DNA from: Christensenellales bacterium
GTDB taxonomy: Bacteria; Bacillota; Clostridia; Christensenellales; UBA1242
Direction of reading: 5' to 3'
Assembly: GCA_051889975.1 (NCBI GenBank)
Contig: JBJFDJ010000011.1
Location: forward strand, 1,573-56,555
DNA length: 54,983 bases
Part shown: piece by piece, positions 46,837 to 53,468 of the stretch
Position numbering within the stretch: the stretch's first letter is position 1
How the letters are laid out: every line of letters starts with the position of its first letter
Made by a program: the position numbers and the translations under genes
Notes under the pieces: generated by a model
Told to the model about the DNA's origin: nothing
Database searches by the model: none
What the model saw: the letters and a program-made list of their open reading frames with translations, nothing else

Positions 46837-47586
46837 TTAAACTTTATATTTTTGCGAATAGATGTAATACATAATAACACTTGCGCTTATGCTTGCGTTT
46901 AAACTTTCGGTGTTGTTTTCCATTGGCAAACACAAAGTGTTTTTAACAAGCGATTTAATTTGCTCACTAACTCCGTTACCTTCATTGCCGATAACAAAAC
47001 CACAATTTTGGGGAAAATCTGTCTTTAAAAATATATTTTCACCTTGCATACTTGCAGTGTAAATTGTTGCATTTTTAAATAACAAAGTTATATCTTCATA
47101 ACTAATATTGATAATATCTAGTTTAAATTGATTGCCCATGCTGGCGCGCAAAGTTTTTGGGTTGTATTGACTTGCGCAGTTTATGCAAAAAATTTGCTTA
47201 AAATCACACGCCAAAGCAGTTCGCATAATTGCACCAAAGTTGTCCGGATTTTGCAGGTTGTCAAGTATCAAAAACCTGCCACCTTTATACTCTTTTGTTT
47301 GATTTTTTTGCTCAAAAACTGCAATGTAGCCATCAGTTGTAACAGTTGACGACAACTCTTTTAACACACTGTCTTTAACAAAATACACACTTTCAAAGCC
47401 ATCAAAAATGTTTTGTTTATCTTGCAAAATAAACAAGCAAACTGGCTTTAAACCACAGCTAATTGCTTCTTGTATGACCTTTTTTGTCTCAACCAAAAAA
47501 AGCCCAGTTTTGTCTCTGTGTTTTTTATCATGCAATTTTTTTGCGTCCTGAATTTTTGCGTTTGCTTTTGACGAAATGATTTCCAT
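46837..47586 (-). CDS. TrmH/SpoU-family RNA 2'-O-methyltransferase
   Basis: The SpoU motifs NPDNFGAIMRTA, GNEGNGVS and PM..NTESLNASISASVIMY are present, with an N-terminal substrate-binding domain. Confidence 0.85.
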   Translation of the reverse strand: MEIISSKANAKIQDAKKLHDKKHRDKTGLFLVETKKVIQEAISCGLKPVCLFILQDKQNIFDGFESVYFVKDSVLKELSSTVTTDGYIAVFEQKNQTKEYKGGRFLILDNLQNPDNFGAIMRTALACDFKQIFCINCASQYNPKTLRASMGNQFKLDIINISYEDITLLFKNATIYTASMQGENIFLKTDFPQNCGFVIGNEGNGVSEQIKSLVKNTLCLPMENNTESLNASISASVIMYYIYSQKYKV

Positions 47587-47592
47587 AAAAAA

Positions 47593-47601
47593 ATTATATC
47601 A
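47593..47601 (-). promoter_or_regulatory. Extended -10 box TGaTATAAT, 6 nt before the ATG of the TrmH-family gene (leaderless type)
   Basis: The reverse complement of 47584-47608 reads ATTTGTGATATAAT, tttttt, ATG. The -35 is poor and there is no SD. The 15-mer ATTTGTGATATAATT is identical to the tgt promoter core. Confidence 0.45.
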
Positions 47602-47794
47602 CAAATTTAAGCAACAGTATAATTATTTTAACTATTTTTGTGTAAAATTGACTTACAAGCTTAAGTCTTATTTGATGTAAGAAAAAATCAACAGGCAAAC
47701 TCAACTGGTTAAGATTTTTTTAAAGGATAAATCAAATTTAATTTAAACATAGATTATGTTTTTGCTTGCAAAATATAAAATTGCAAATTGCAAC

Positions 47795-47819
47795 AAAAAA
47801 AGGCAGTTAAGCCTTTTTT
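47795..47819 (-). terminator. Intrinsic terminator of infC-rpmI-rplT
   Basis: The stem aaaggc / gccttt (47799-47804 / 47811-47816) has a T-run on the minus strand. It lies 5 nt past the rplT stop. Confidence 0.6.
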
Positions 47820-47823
47820 ATTT

Positions 47824-48174
47824 TTATTTAACATTTTTTGCTGTTGCAACAAGTGCACTGAAAGCTTGTGCGTCACTGATTGCAAGGTCTGCAAGAACTT
47901 TGCGGTTAAGATTGATGTTGTTAACCTTTAAGCCATGCATAAATTTGCTGTAGCTGATGTCGTTTTGACGGCAAGCAGCATTGATACGAGCAATCCACAA
48001 TGTTCTCATATCTCTCTTTTTAAGTCTGCGACCAACATAAGCGTGACGGCGACTTCCCATAACTGATTCTTTTGCAACACGATAAAGTTTGCTGTGTGTG
48101 CCACGGAAACCTTTTGCAGCTTTTAAAACTTTTCTACGCTTTTTTAATGCGTTTACACTTCTTTTAATTCTCAT
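47824..48174 (-). CDS. rplT: 50S ribosomal protein L20
   Basis: MRIKRSVNALKKRRKVLKAAKGFRG is the canonical L20 N-terminus. Confidence 0.97.
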   Translation of the reverse strand: MRIKRSVNALKKRRKVLKAAKGFRGTHSKLYRVAKESVMGSRRHAYVGRRLKKRDMRTLWIARINAACRQNDISYSKFMHGLKVNNINLNRKVLADLAISDAQAFSALVATAKNVK

Positions 48175-48187
48175 CTTTCCTCACTCC

Positions 48188-48385
48188 TTATGCTTGTATC
48201 ATTGTTCTTACTGTTGCTTCTTCCTTTTTGCTTGCAAGTTCAACATTTTGTCTAAGAACTCTCTTTCTCTTTGTTTCTTTTTTTGTCAAAATATGACGAC
48301 GATTTTGTTTTGCATGCTTAACACGACCACTGTTTGTAACAATAAATCTTTTTGCAGCTGCTCTTCTTGTTTTTTGTTTTGGCAT
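48188..48385 (-). CDS. rpmI: 50S ribosomal protein L35
   Basis: [14 protein letters not shown]...; 65 aa, lying between infC and rplT. Confidence 0.96.
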   Translation of the reverse strand: MPKQKTRRAAAKRFIVTNSGRVKHAKQNRRHILTKKETKRKRVLRQNVELASKKEEATVRTMIQA

Positions 48386-48403
48386 AATTTTTCTCCTTTA
48401 AGA

Positions 48404-48913
48404 TTATTTTTTTGGTGCTAATATCATATTGATAAATCTGCCTTCTTTAAAAGGCGCTTTTTCTATAACAGCAAATTCACTCATTTTTTCGGCAAACAAC
48501 TTAAGAGTTTCCATACCTTTGTCTGCATAGGCATTTTCTCTGCCAGAAAGACGCATATTGCACTTAACTTTGTTGCCCTTTGACAAAAATTCTTGCGCTT
48601 GTTTTGCACGATATGCTGTGTCGTGCTCGCTTATGTTCAAGCCAAACCTGATTGTTTTTATTTCAACGACTTTTTGTTTGCTTTTTGCTTCTTTTTCTTT
48701 TTTTTCTTGAGCGTATTTAAACTTGCCATAGTTCATAATTTTGCAAACCACTGGGTTTACATTTGGTGAAATTGCAACAAGGTCTAAATCTTTTTGATTT
48801 GCAATGTCTTTTGCCTCTTGCAAACTCATAATGCCAAGTTGTTCACCATTTTCGCCAACAAGACGCACACTTTGTGCACGAATTTGTTCGTTAATCAATA
48901 AATCCTTGATAAT
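48404..48913 (-). CDS. infC: Translation initiation factor IF-3, probable ATT (AUU) start
   Basis: INEQIRAQSVRLVGENGEQLGIM and the C-domain are canonical. The ORF track starts at the TTG at 48898. In frame upstream, ATT (48913) and ATC (48910) follow AGGAGG (48924-48919), giving an MIKDLLINEQIR-type N-terminus. Confidence 0.9.
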   Translation of the reverse strand: MIKDLLINEQIRAQSVRLVGENGEQLGIMSLQEAKDIANQKDLDLVAISPNVNPVVCKIMNYGKFKYAQEKKEKEAKSKQKVVEIKTIRFGLNISEHDTAYRAKQAQEFLSKGNKVKCNMRLSGRENAYADKGMETLKLFAEKMSEFAVIEKAPFKEGRFINMILAPKK

Positions 48914-49063
48914 TAGTTCCTCCTATTCCACAAAAAAAGTGGATAAATTTCTTAAAAGAATTATCCACCTAAAAAACTATCTTTTGATAGTGATAATTTA
49001 TAGTCATAACCTAATCTGGCGCCTTTGCCGACTGGTGAGAAGTGGATACTTCTTCTTCAAAAC
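48914..49063 (-). promoter_or_regulatory. infC operon leader with terminator/antiterminator (L20-leader-type attenuator)
   Basis: The terminator is GUGGAUAA...UUAUCCAC plus U7 (48932-48969). An upstream GUAUCCAC (about 49041-49048 on the plus strand) can pair with the 5' arm of the terminator instead. The position upstream of infC matches the Firmicute L20 leader. Confidence 0.55.
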
Positions 49064-49069
49064 AAAAAT

Positions 49070-49098
49070 ATAATATCACATAAATTTTGGCGTGTCAA
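49070..49098 (-). promoter_or_regulatory. infC operon promoter TTGACA-17-TATTAT
   Basis: The reverse complement reads TTGACA (49098-49093), a 17-nt spacer, and TATTAT (49075-49070). Confidence 0.6.
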
Positions 49099-49204
49099 CA
49101 GTTTTTAACAACTTTTTTAATTGGCTGTAATAAATGTAAATATATGATATAAATATCAGTAAAGTCATTTGACTTTATTTGAAAAATGCGATATTTAATA
49201 ATGA

Positions 49205-49417
49205 GATGGATATGGGAAACTTGGAACAAGATATATAAAAGATTGCAATATTGACCCTTATTCGTTCAAAAACGATTATGATTGCGGTAGTGAGTATGAT
49301 ATGTATGTTGATACTGATGACGGTCAAATTGTTTTAATTTCAAAAATGTACGGAACAGAAATTTATACTGGTGAATATTTAGATGAATATAAGGAGAAAA
49401 AAAATGAAGAGTATTGA
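49205..49417 (+). pseudogene. Start-less ORF fragment, possibly a remnant of a toxin C-terminal domain
   Basis: The open frame after the TGA at 49202 reads DGYGKLGTRYIKDCNIDPYSFKNDYDCGSEYDMYVDTDDGQIVLISKMYGTEIYTGEYLDEYKEKKNEEY*. It has no plausible start or SD. Its stop overlaps the start of the next gene (ATGAAGAGTATTGA), as in toxin-immunity pairs. Confidence 0.3.
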
Positions 49418-49841
49418 TAAAAAAGATTTTGACAAAATGCCAAATCCAACTATTAGTGCCCGATTTACCATTTATATTGACAATGATTTTGACAAAAAAG
49501 AAATTGAACAGGCAATGGGTTTGAAAGCAAAATTTTGCAAACAAAAAAGTGAAATGAAAGTCAGTCCAATAACAAACAAAAAACCAAAGGGTTACATAAC
49601 ATTTTGCTCAAAAGAAATGTCAACAAGAAATGAAAATGATGTTGCAATTCCTATGATTGACTACTTGTATGCACAAAGAGATGAAATACAAAAAATCCAA
49701 CAAAAATATGATGCAAAACTATGTTTTTGCATTGAAGTTTTGTTAAATAGTTTTAAAGATGCAACCCTCAATTTAGATTTTGAATATATTGAAAAACTAA
49801 ATCAACTACATTCAAGTTTAGAGCATATCATAGAATTTTAA
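49404..49841 (+). CDS. DUF4279-like small protein (possible immunity protein)
   Basis: AAGGAG lies 7 nt upstream. The pattern FTIYIDNDFDKKEIEQAMGLKAK...LCFCIEVLLNS...LNLDFEYIEKLNQLHSSLEHIIEF matches my memory of DUF4279 proteins (N-terminal 'fsi.g..fdp..it..lgi.pt', C-terminal 'i.fd.y'). Confidence 0.55.
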   Translation: MKSIDKKDFDKMPNPTISARFTIYIDNDFDKKEIEQAMGLKAKFCKQKSEMKVSPITNKKPKGYITFCSKEMSTRNENDVAIPMIDYLYAQRDEIQKIQQKYDAKLCFCIEVLLNSFKDATLNLDFEYIEKLNQLHSSLEHIIEF

Positions 49842-49887
49842 TTGTGACAAAGATGCACAGAATTCCGTCGTCAGTACTTTATCCAAC

Positions 49888-49924
49888 AAAAAAGAACATT
49901 GTTAAAAATTCAATGTTCTTTTTG
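49888..49924 (+). terminator. Intrinsic terminator of the DUF4279-like gene
   Basis: The perfect 10-bp stem aagaacattg / caatgttctt (49892-49901 / 49911-49920) is followed by a T-run. Confidence 0.75.
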
Positions 49925-49962
49925 TTATTAAATAAAAATATTTAACCTTAATCATACTTGAC

Positions 49963-49988
49963 CCTATTACAAAAATAGGTTTTTTTTG
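49963..49988 (+). terminator. Second plus-strand hairpin with T8, facing the thrS 3' end
   Basis: The stem cctatt / aatagg (49963-49968 / 49974-49979) is followed by TTTTTTTT. The U-tract is on the plus strand only. Confidence 0.5.
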
Positions 49989-50062
49989 ATAGCATGCGAA
50001 AAATTTACTTTGTATATTACACCATCTACTTCAATTTTCATATTTTTGTTCCTAACCATAAA

Positions 50063-51799
50063 TTATAATTTTCTTTCTTTAATTTCTTTTACAACCTTAT
50101 TGATAAATTCGTCTGGACAATAGTCAATTGCATTATTACTGCCTCTTTGTCGAACAGAAATTGTATTATTTGCCACTTCTTTTTCACCAACAACAATAAC
50201 ATATGGCGTTTTTAAACTAACTGCTTCTCTTATTCTATAAGACAAACTTTCATTACGCAAATCAACACTACATCTTATTTCGCTATTCTCCATTTTTTCT
50301 GCAAGAGAATTTGCATAATCTGCACATTTTTCATTAATTGCAATTATTTTTACTTGAATTGGAGCCAACCAAGTTGGAAAAGCACCTGCAAAATTTTCTG
50401 TAATAATACCTAAAAATCTATCAATTGAGCCATATACAACCCTATGAATCATAATTGGTTCTTTTTTTGTTCCATCGTCAGCCACATAATAAAGATTGAA
50501 TCGTTTTGGCAGTTGCATATCCAACTGAATTGTGCCACATTGCCATGTTCTTCCAATTGCATCTTTGATGTGTATATCTATTTTAGGACCATAAAATGCT
50601 CCATCGCCCTCGTTTACAATATAATCTTGATTTATGTTGTTAAGTGCATTTTTTAAGCCTTCTTCCGCGATTCTCCAATCGTCTTCACTTCCGATGTGAC
50701 TTTCTGGCATTGTTGAAAGCTCTAATTTATATGTTAAACCGAAAGTTTTATACATTTCATCAACTAGTTTTAATATATTTTTAATTTCACCTTCTATTTG
50801 ATTTGGCATCATAAAAATATGTGCATCATCTTGTGTAAAACAACGAACTCTAAACAAGCCATGCAATGTTCCACTTGATTCATGTCTGTGCACTTTACCC
50901 AATTCTCCAACACGCAAAGGCAACTCTTTGTAAGAATGAATATTTTCTTTGTAATATAACATACCACCTGGGCAGTTCATAGGTTTAATTGCGAAATCTT
51001 CATCTTCAACTTTTAACGTATACATATTTTCTTTATAGTGGTCCCAATGACCAGAGATTTCCCATAATTCTCTATTCATTGCAGTAGGTGTTTCTATTTC
51101 TACATAACCATTTTTTCTATGAATTTCTCGCCAATATTTAATTAATTCGTTTCTAACAATTACACCATTTGGCATAAAGAAAGGCATTCCGGGAGCATAT
51201 TCGCTTATAAAGAACAATCCTAATTGTTTGCCCAATTTTCTGTGATCACGCTTTTCAGCTTCTTCTAGCATTCTAATTTGCTCTTTTAACTCGTCTTTTG
51301 TTTCAAAGCAATATACATAAACCCTTTGAAGCATTTTGTTCTTTTCACTGCCACGCCAATATGCACCACTTACCCTGTCAAGTTTAAAACTTACGTTGCG
51401 CAAAAATTTTGTGTTTTCTACGTGTGGGCCACGGCACAAATCACTAAACTTGTCTCCCAGGTGATAAATGCTAATCTCTTCGCCTTCTGGCAAGTCGTTT
51501 ATGAGTTCAAGTTTGTATGGCTCATCGGCAAAAAACTCAAGTGCTTGTTGTTTGCTAATCACTTGTTTTGTCATATCAATGTTTTGATTTATAATTTCAC
51601 GCATTTTGTCTTCTATCTTTGCAAAATCATCTGGCGAAATGTTTTTGTCAAGGTCAAAATCGTAGTAAAAACCAGTGTCAATGGCTGGTCCAATGCCAAA
51701 CTTAACATTGCCAAAAAGTTCCTTTACAGCTGCTGCCAAAACGTGAGCCATTGTGTGTCTTTTAACATTTATTTCTTTTTCATAACCCTTGCTATCCAT
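50063..51799 (-). CDS. thrS: Threonine--tRNA ligase (lacking the N-terminal TGS domain)
   Basis: The protein starts at the editing/second additional domain (RHTMAHVLAAAVKELFG...GIGPAIDTGFYYDFD). Class II motifs are present (HRHESSGTLHGLFRVRCFTQDDAH) along with the anticodon-binding C-terminus. A Thr T-box lies upstream. Confidence 0.95.
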   Translation of the reverse strand: MDSKGYEKEINVKRHTMAHVLAAAVKELFGNVKFGIGPAIDTGFYYDFDLDKNISPDDFAKIEDKMREIINQNIDMTKQVISKQQALEFFADEPYKLELINDLPEGEEISIYHLGDKFSDLCRGPHVENTKFLRNVSFKLDRVSGAYWRGSEKNKMLQRVYVYCFETKDELKEQIRMLEEAEKRDHRKLGKQLGLFFISEYAPGMPFFMPNGVIVRNELIKYWREIHRKNGYVEIETPTAMNRELWEISGHWDHYKENMYTLKVEDEDFAIKPMNCPGGMLYYKENIHSYKELPLRVGELGKVHRHESSGTLHGLFRVRCFTQDDAHIFMMPNQIEGEIKNILKLVDEMYKTFGLTYKLELSTMPESHIGSEDDWRIAEEGLKNALNNINQDYIVNEGDGAFYGPKIDIHIKDAIGRTWQCGTIQLDMQLPKRFNLYYVADDGTKKEPIMIHRVVYGSIDRFLGIITENFAGAFPTWLAPIQVKIIAINEKCADYANSLAEKMENSEIRCSVDLRNESLSYRIREAVSLKTPYVIVVGEKEVANNTISVRQRGSNNAIDYCPDEFINKVVKEIKERKL

Positions 51800-51852
51800 A
51801 AAATTACCCTCTTTAATTCACTTTTTAAACAACTAAACAAAAGTTAAATAAC

Positions 51853-52079
51853 AAAAATAAAAAACGCCCTTTGCCTTTTGCAAAGGACGATAATTTACCG
51901 TTGTTCCACCTTTTTTTATCACATTTTGTGACCTTGTTTTGCCATGTGCTATGACTTGCTAAAGCCGAAAAAGTGGTTTCACTGTCACAACCCCTATTGT
52001 TATCTTTCAGCCAAGGATAACTTCTCTACATAGCAAAATTGTGGGTTACTTGTCTTTTTCTTAACCTTTAATTTAATTG
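51853..52079 (-). promoter_or_regulatory. T-box riboswitch leader, Thr (ACC) specifier, with terminator
   Basis: On the minus strand, stem I carries GUAGAGAAG and the specifier loop reads GUGAA-ACC-A. The T-box sequence is AAAAAGGUGGAACAACGG (51897-51914). The terminator is CGUCCUUUGC/GCAAAGGGCG plus U6 (51853-51889), and its U-G pair is valid only on the minus strand. Confidence 0.8.
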
Positions 52080-52086
52080 TATTTAT

Positions 52087-52115
52087 ATATTACACCCTAA
52101 AAATTATTTTGTCAA
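52087..52115 (-). promoter_or_regulatory. thrS leader promoter TTGACA-17-TAATAT
   Basis: The reverse complement reads TTGACA (52115-52110), a 17-nt spacer, and TAATAT (52092-52087). Confidence 0.6.
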
Positions 52116-52272
52116 CACAATTTTAAGGCATAAACAAAATGTTTTGATGTATTGCAAAAAAATTTTAGTTAAAACTGCAAATTAAACAATCATTTTTAAA
52201 TAATATTTGTCAGTTAAATTTATGTTATTTATTGATTTTTTTGTAATAAAATTTTTTATTATTTTATACTGA

Positions 52273-52298
52273 TGTTTGTTGGCATTTGTTTGTTGGCA
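52273..52298. repeat. 12-nt tandem direct repeat tgtttgttggca x2
   Basis: The copies are at 52273-52284 and 52287-52298 with a 2-nt spacer. The second copy overlaps the outer stem of the adjacent structured element. Confidence 0.6.
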
Positions 52299-52379
52299 CT
52301 GCGATGCCACGATTTTTCGTGGGTTTGCGTTTGGCAAACAAAAATTTTAACTTGGTTAAAATTTTACATCGCAGTGCCA
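52294..52379. other. 86-nt perfectly paired four-way-junction (cloverleaf-shaped) element of unknown function
   Basis: The 13-bp outer stem (52294-52306 / 52367-52379) encloses three perfect hairpins of 5, 6 and 11 bp. Only 2 junction nucleotides are unpaired, and all pairs are Watson-Crick. Confidence 0.6.
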
Positions 52380-52416
52380 CCTAATATGTTTTATCTTTAA
52401 ATTATTGCAAATATTG

Positions 52417-53169
52417 TCATTTTAACAACTTAACATTTTCGCCAAATAGCCTATACAAATTGTTTAAAAATTTTACATCAAAATCTTTTGAATTTTCTAT
52501 TTGAATAAACTTTGGAAATTTGTTAATGATGGCATACAACAAATTGTCATATTCATCTTGAGCATAAAAAATCGATTTTAAAGCCACATCTCTTTTGTTT
52601 GAATCAATCACACAAAAACTGTCATTATTTTTTTTGATGGTCAACAGTTCGGCATCTGATTGAAGCCCTGCCATCAAAAATTTTATAAGTTCCTGCCTGA
52701 TGGTTTTATCAATTAAAAACAACGAGTTTTCGTTGATTAGTTCGCCAATTTCTTGCCACTTGTTAATTTGTTCTTTTAACTTAAAACTGATGTATGATTT
52801 TAAATATAATTTGTTAGAAACATTAAGTTTTTTTGATATATCAAAAATGTCTTGTTGATTTTCATAACTTGCCAAAATATCCAGCAAAATGATGTTGTCC
52901 TCGCAAGTTAAATCAAAATTTTTTAAACTTTTTAAAATGAAATAAGGTTTGTAATAAACGCAAATAATTTCTGCCAATTTTTGTTTTATTTTTGCTTCAT
53001 TTTGCTTAAAAACTTGGTTTGGCAAGGCAATCATAAAACAATATTGTTCATCTTTTATGCCAATTGCAACACAGTTAGAATCATTACAAAATTGCAGTTT
53101 GAGTTCAGTTTTTAAATCGTTAAAATATGGCAACAAAGATTTTTCAAAGTAAAGAGAAAATTCCCACAT
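52417..53169 (-). CDS. ytxC: Putative sporulation protein YtxC
   Basis: The gene lies immediately upstream of thrS, as ytxC does in Bacillus. Its size (250 aa from the ATG at 53169 with an AGGAG SD) and overall character fit. Family membership is inferred mainly from synteny. Confidence 0.55.
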   Translation of the reverse strand: MWEFSLYFEKSLLPYFNDLKTELKLQFCNDSNCVAIGIKDEQYCFMIALPNQVFKQNEAKIKQKLAEIICVYYKPYFILKSLKNFDLTCEDNIILLDILASYENQQDIFDISKKLNVSNKLYLKSYISFKLKEQINKWQEIGELINENSLFLIDKTIRQELIKFLMAGLQSDAELLTIKKNNDSFCVIDSNKRDVALKSIFYAQDEYDNLLYAIINKFPKFIQIENSKDFDVKFLNNLYRLFGENVKLLK

Positions 53170-53435
53170 AACAGCTCCTATGTGTATTTTATGCAAAAAA
53201 AAGTTTGTTACTCTCAACTGCCAAAATTAGTTTTTTAAACAGCTTTTTTTACATAATGTTACATAAAAACTTGATGTTATTTTGATTTAAGCTATTATAG
53301 CTGTTCGCTTAAATTTTTTTGCCATTTTTCACTGCTATAACTAAAATTAATGAAAACTAATTCTTATCTTGTTTGCAGTTGTTACTTTTAGTTGTTTTTG
53401 CTTTGGGAAGTTTTAAAATTTTTTTGTCATAAGCA

Positions 53436-53464
53436 TAAAAAAACTTGCATAAAGCAAGTTTTTA
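53436..53464 (-). terminator. Intrinsic terminator after the DUF2188 gene
   Basis: The stem aaacttgc / gcaagttt (53441-53448 / 53454-53461) has a T-run on the minus strand. It lies 5 nt after the stop. Confidence 0.65.
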
Positions 53465-53468
53465 AAAT

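Noticed and set aside
49967-50041. 24-codon minus-strand mini-ORF (MKIEVDGVIYKVNFSHAIKKNLFL) right after thrS, with a weak AGGA upstream.
   Set aside because: It is too short to evaluate and its stop lies inside a plus-strand terminator hairpin. It may be a remnant of a disrupted gene, but nothing supports expression.
52294-52307. Sigma-54-like TGGCAC...TGC motif at the start of the four-way-junction element.
   Set aside because: The GG-to-GC spacing is 10 nt rather than the invariant 11, there is no TTGC, and no downstream gene is in the right orientation.
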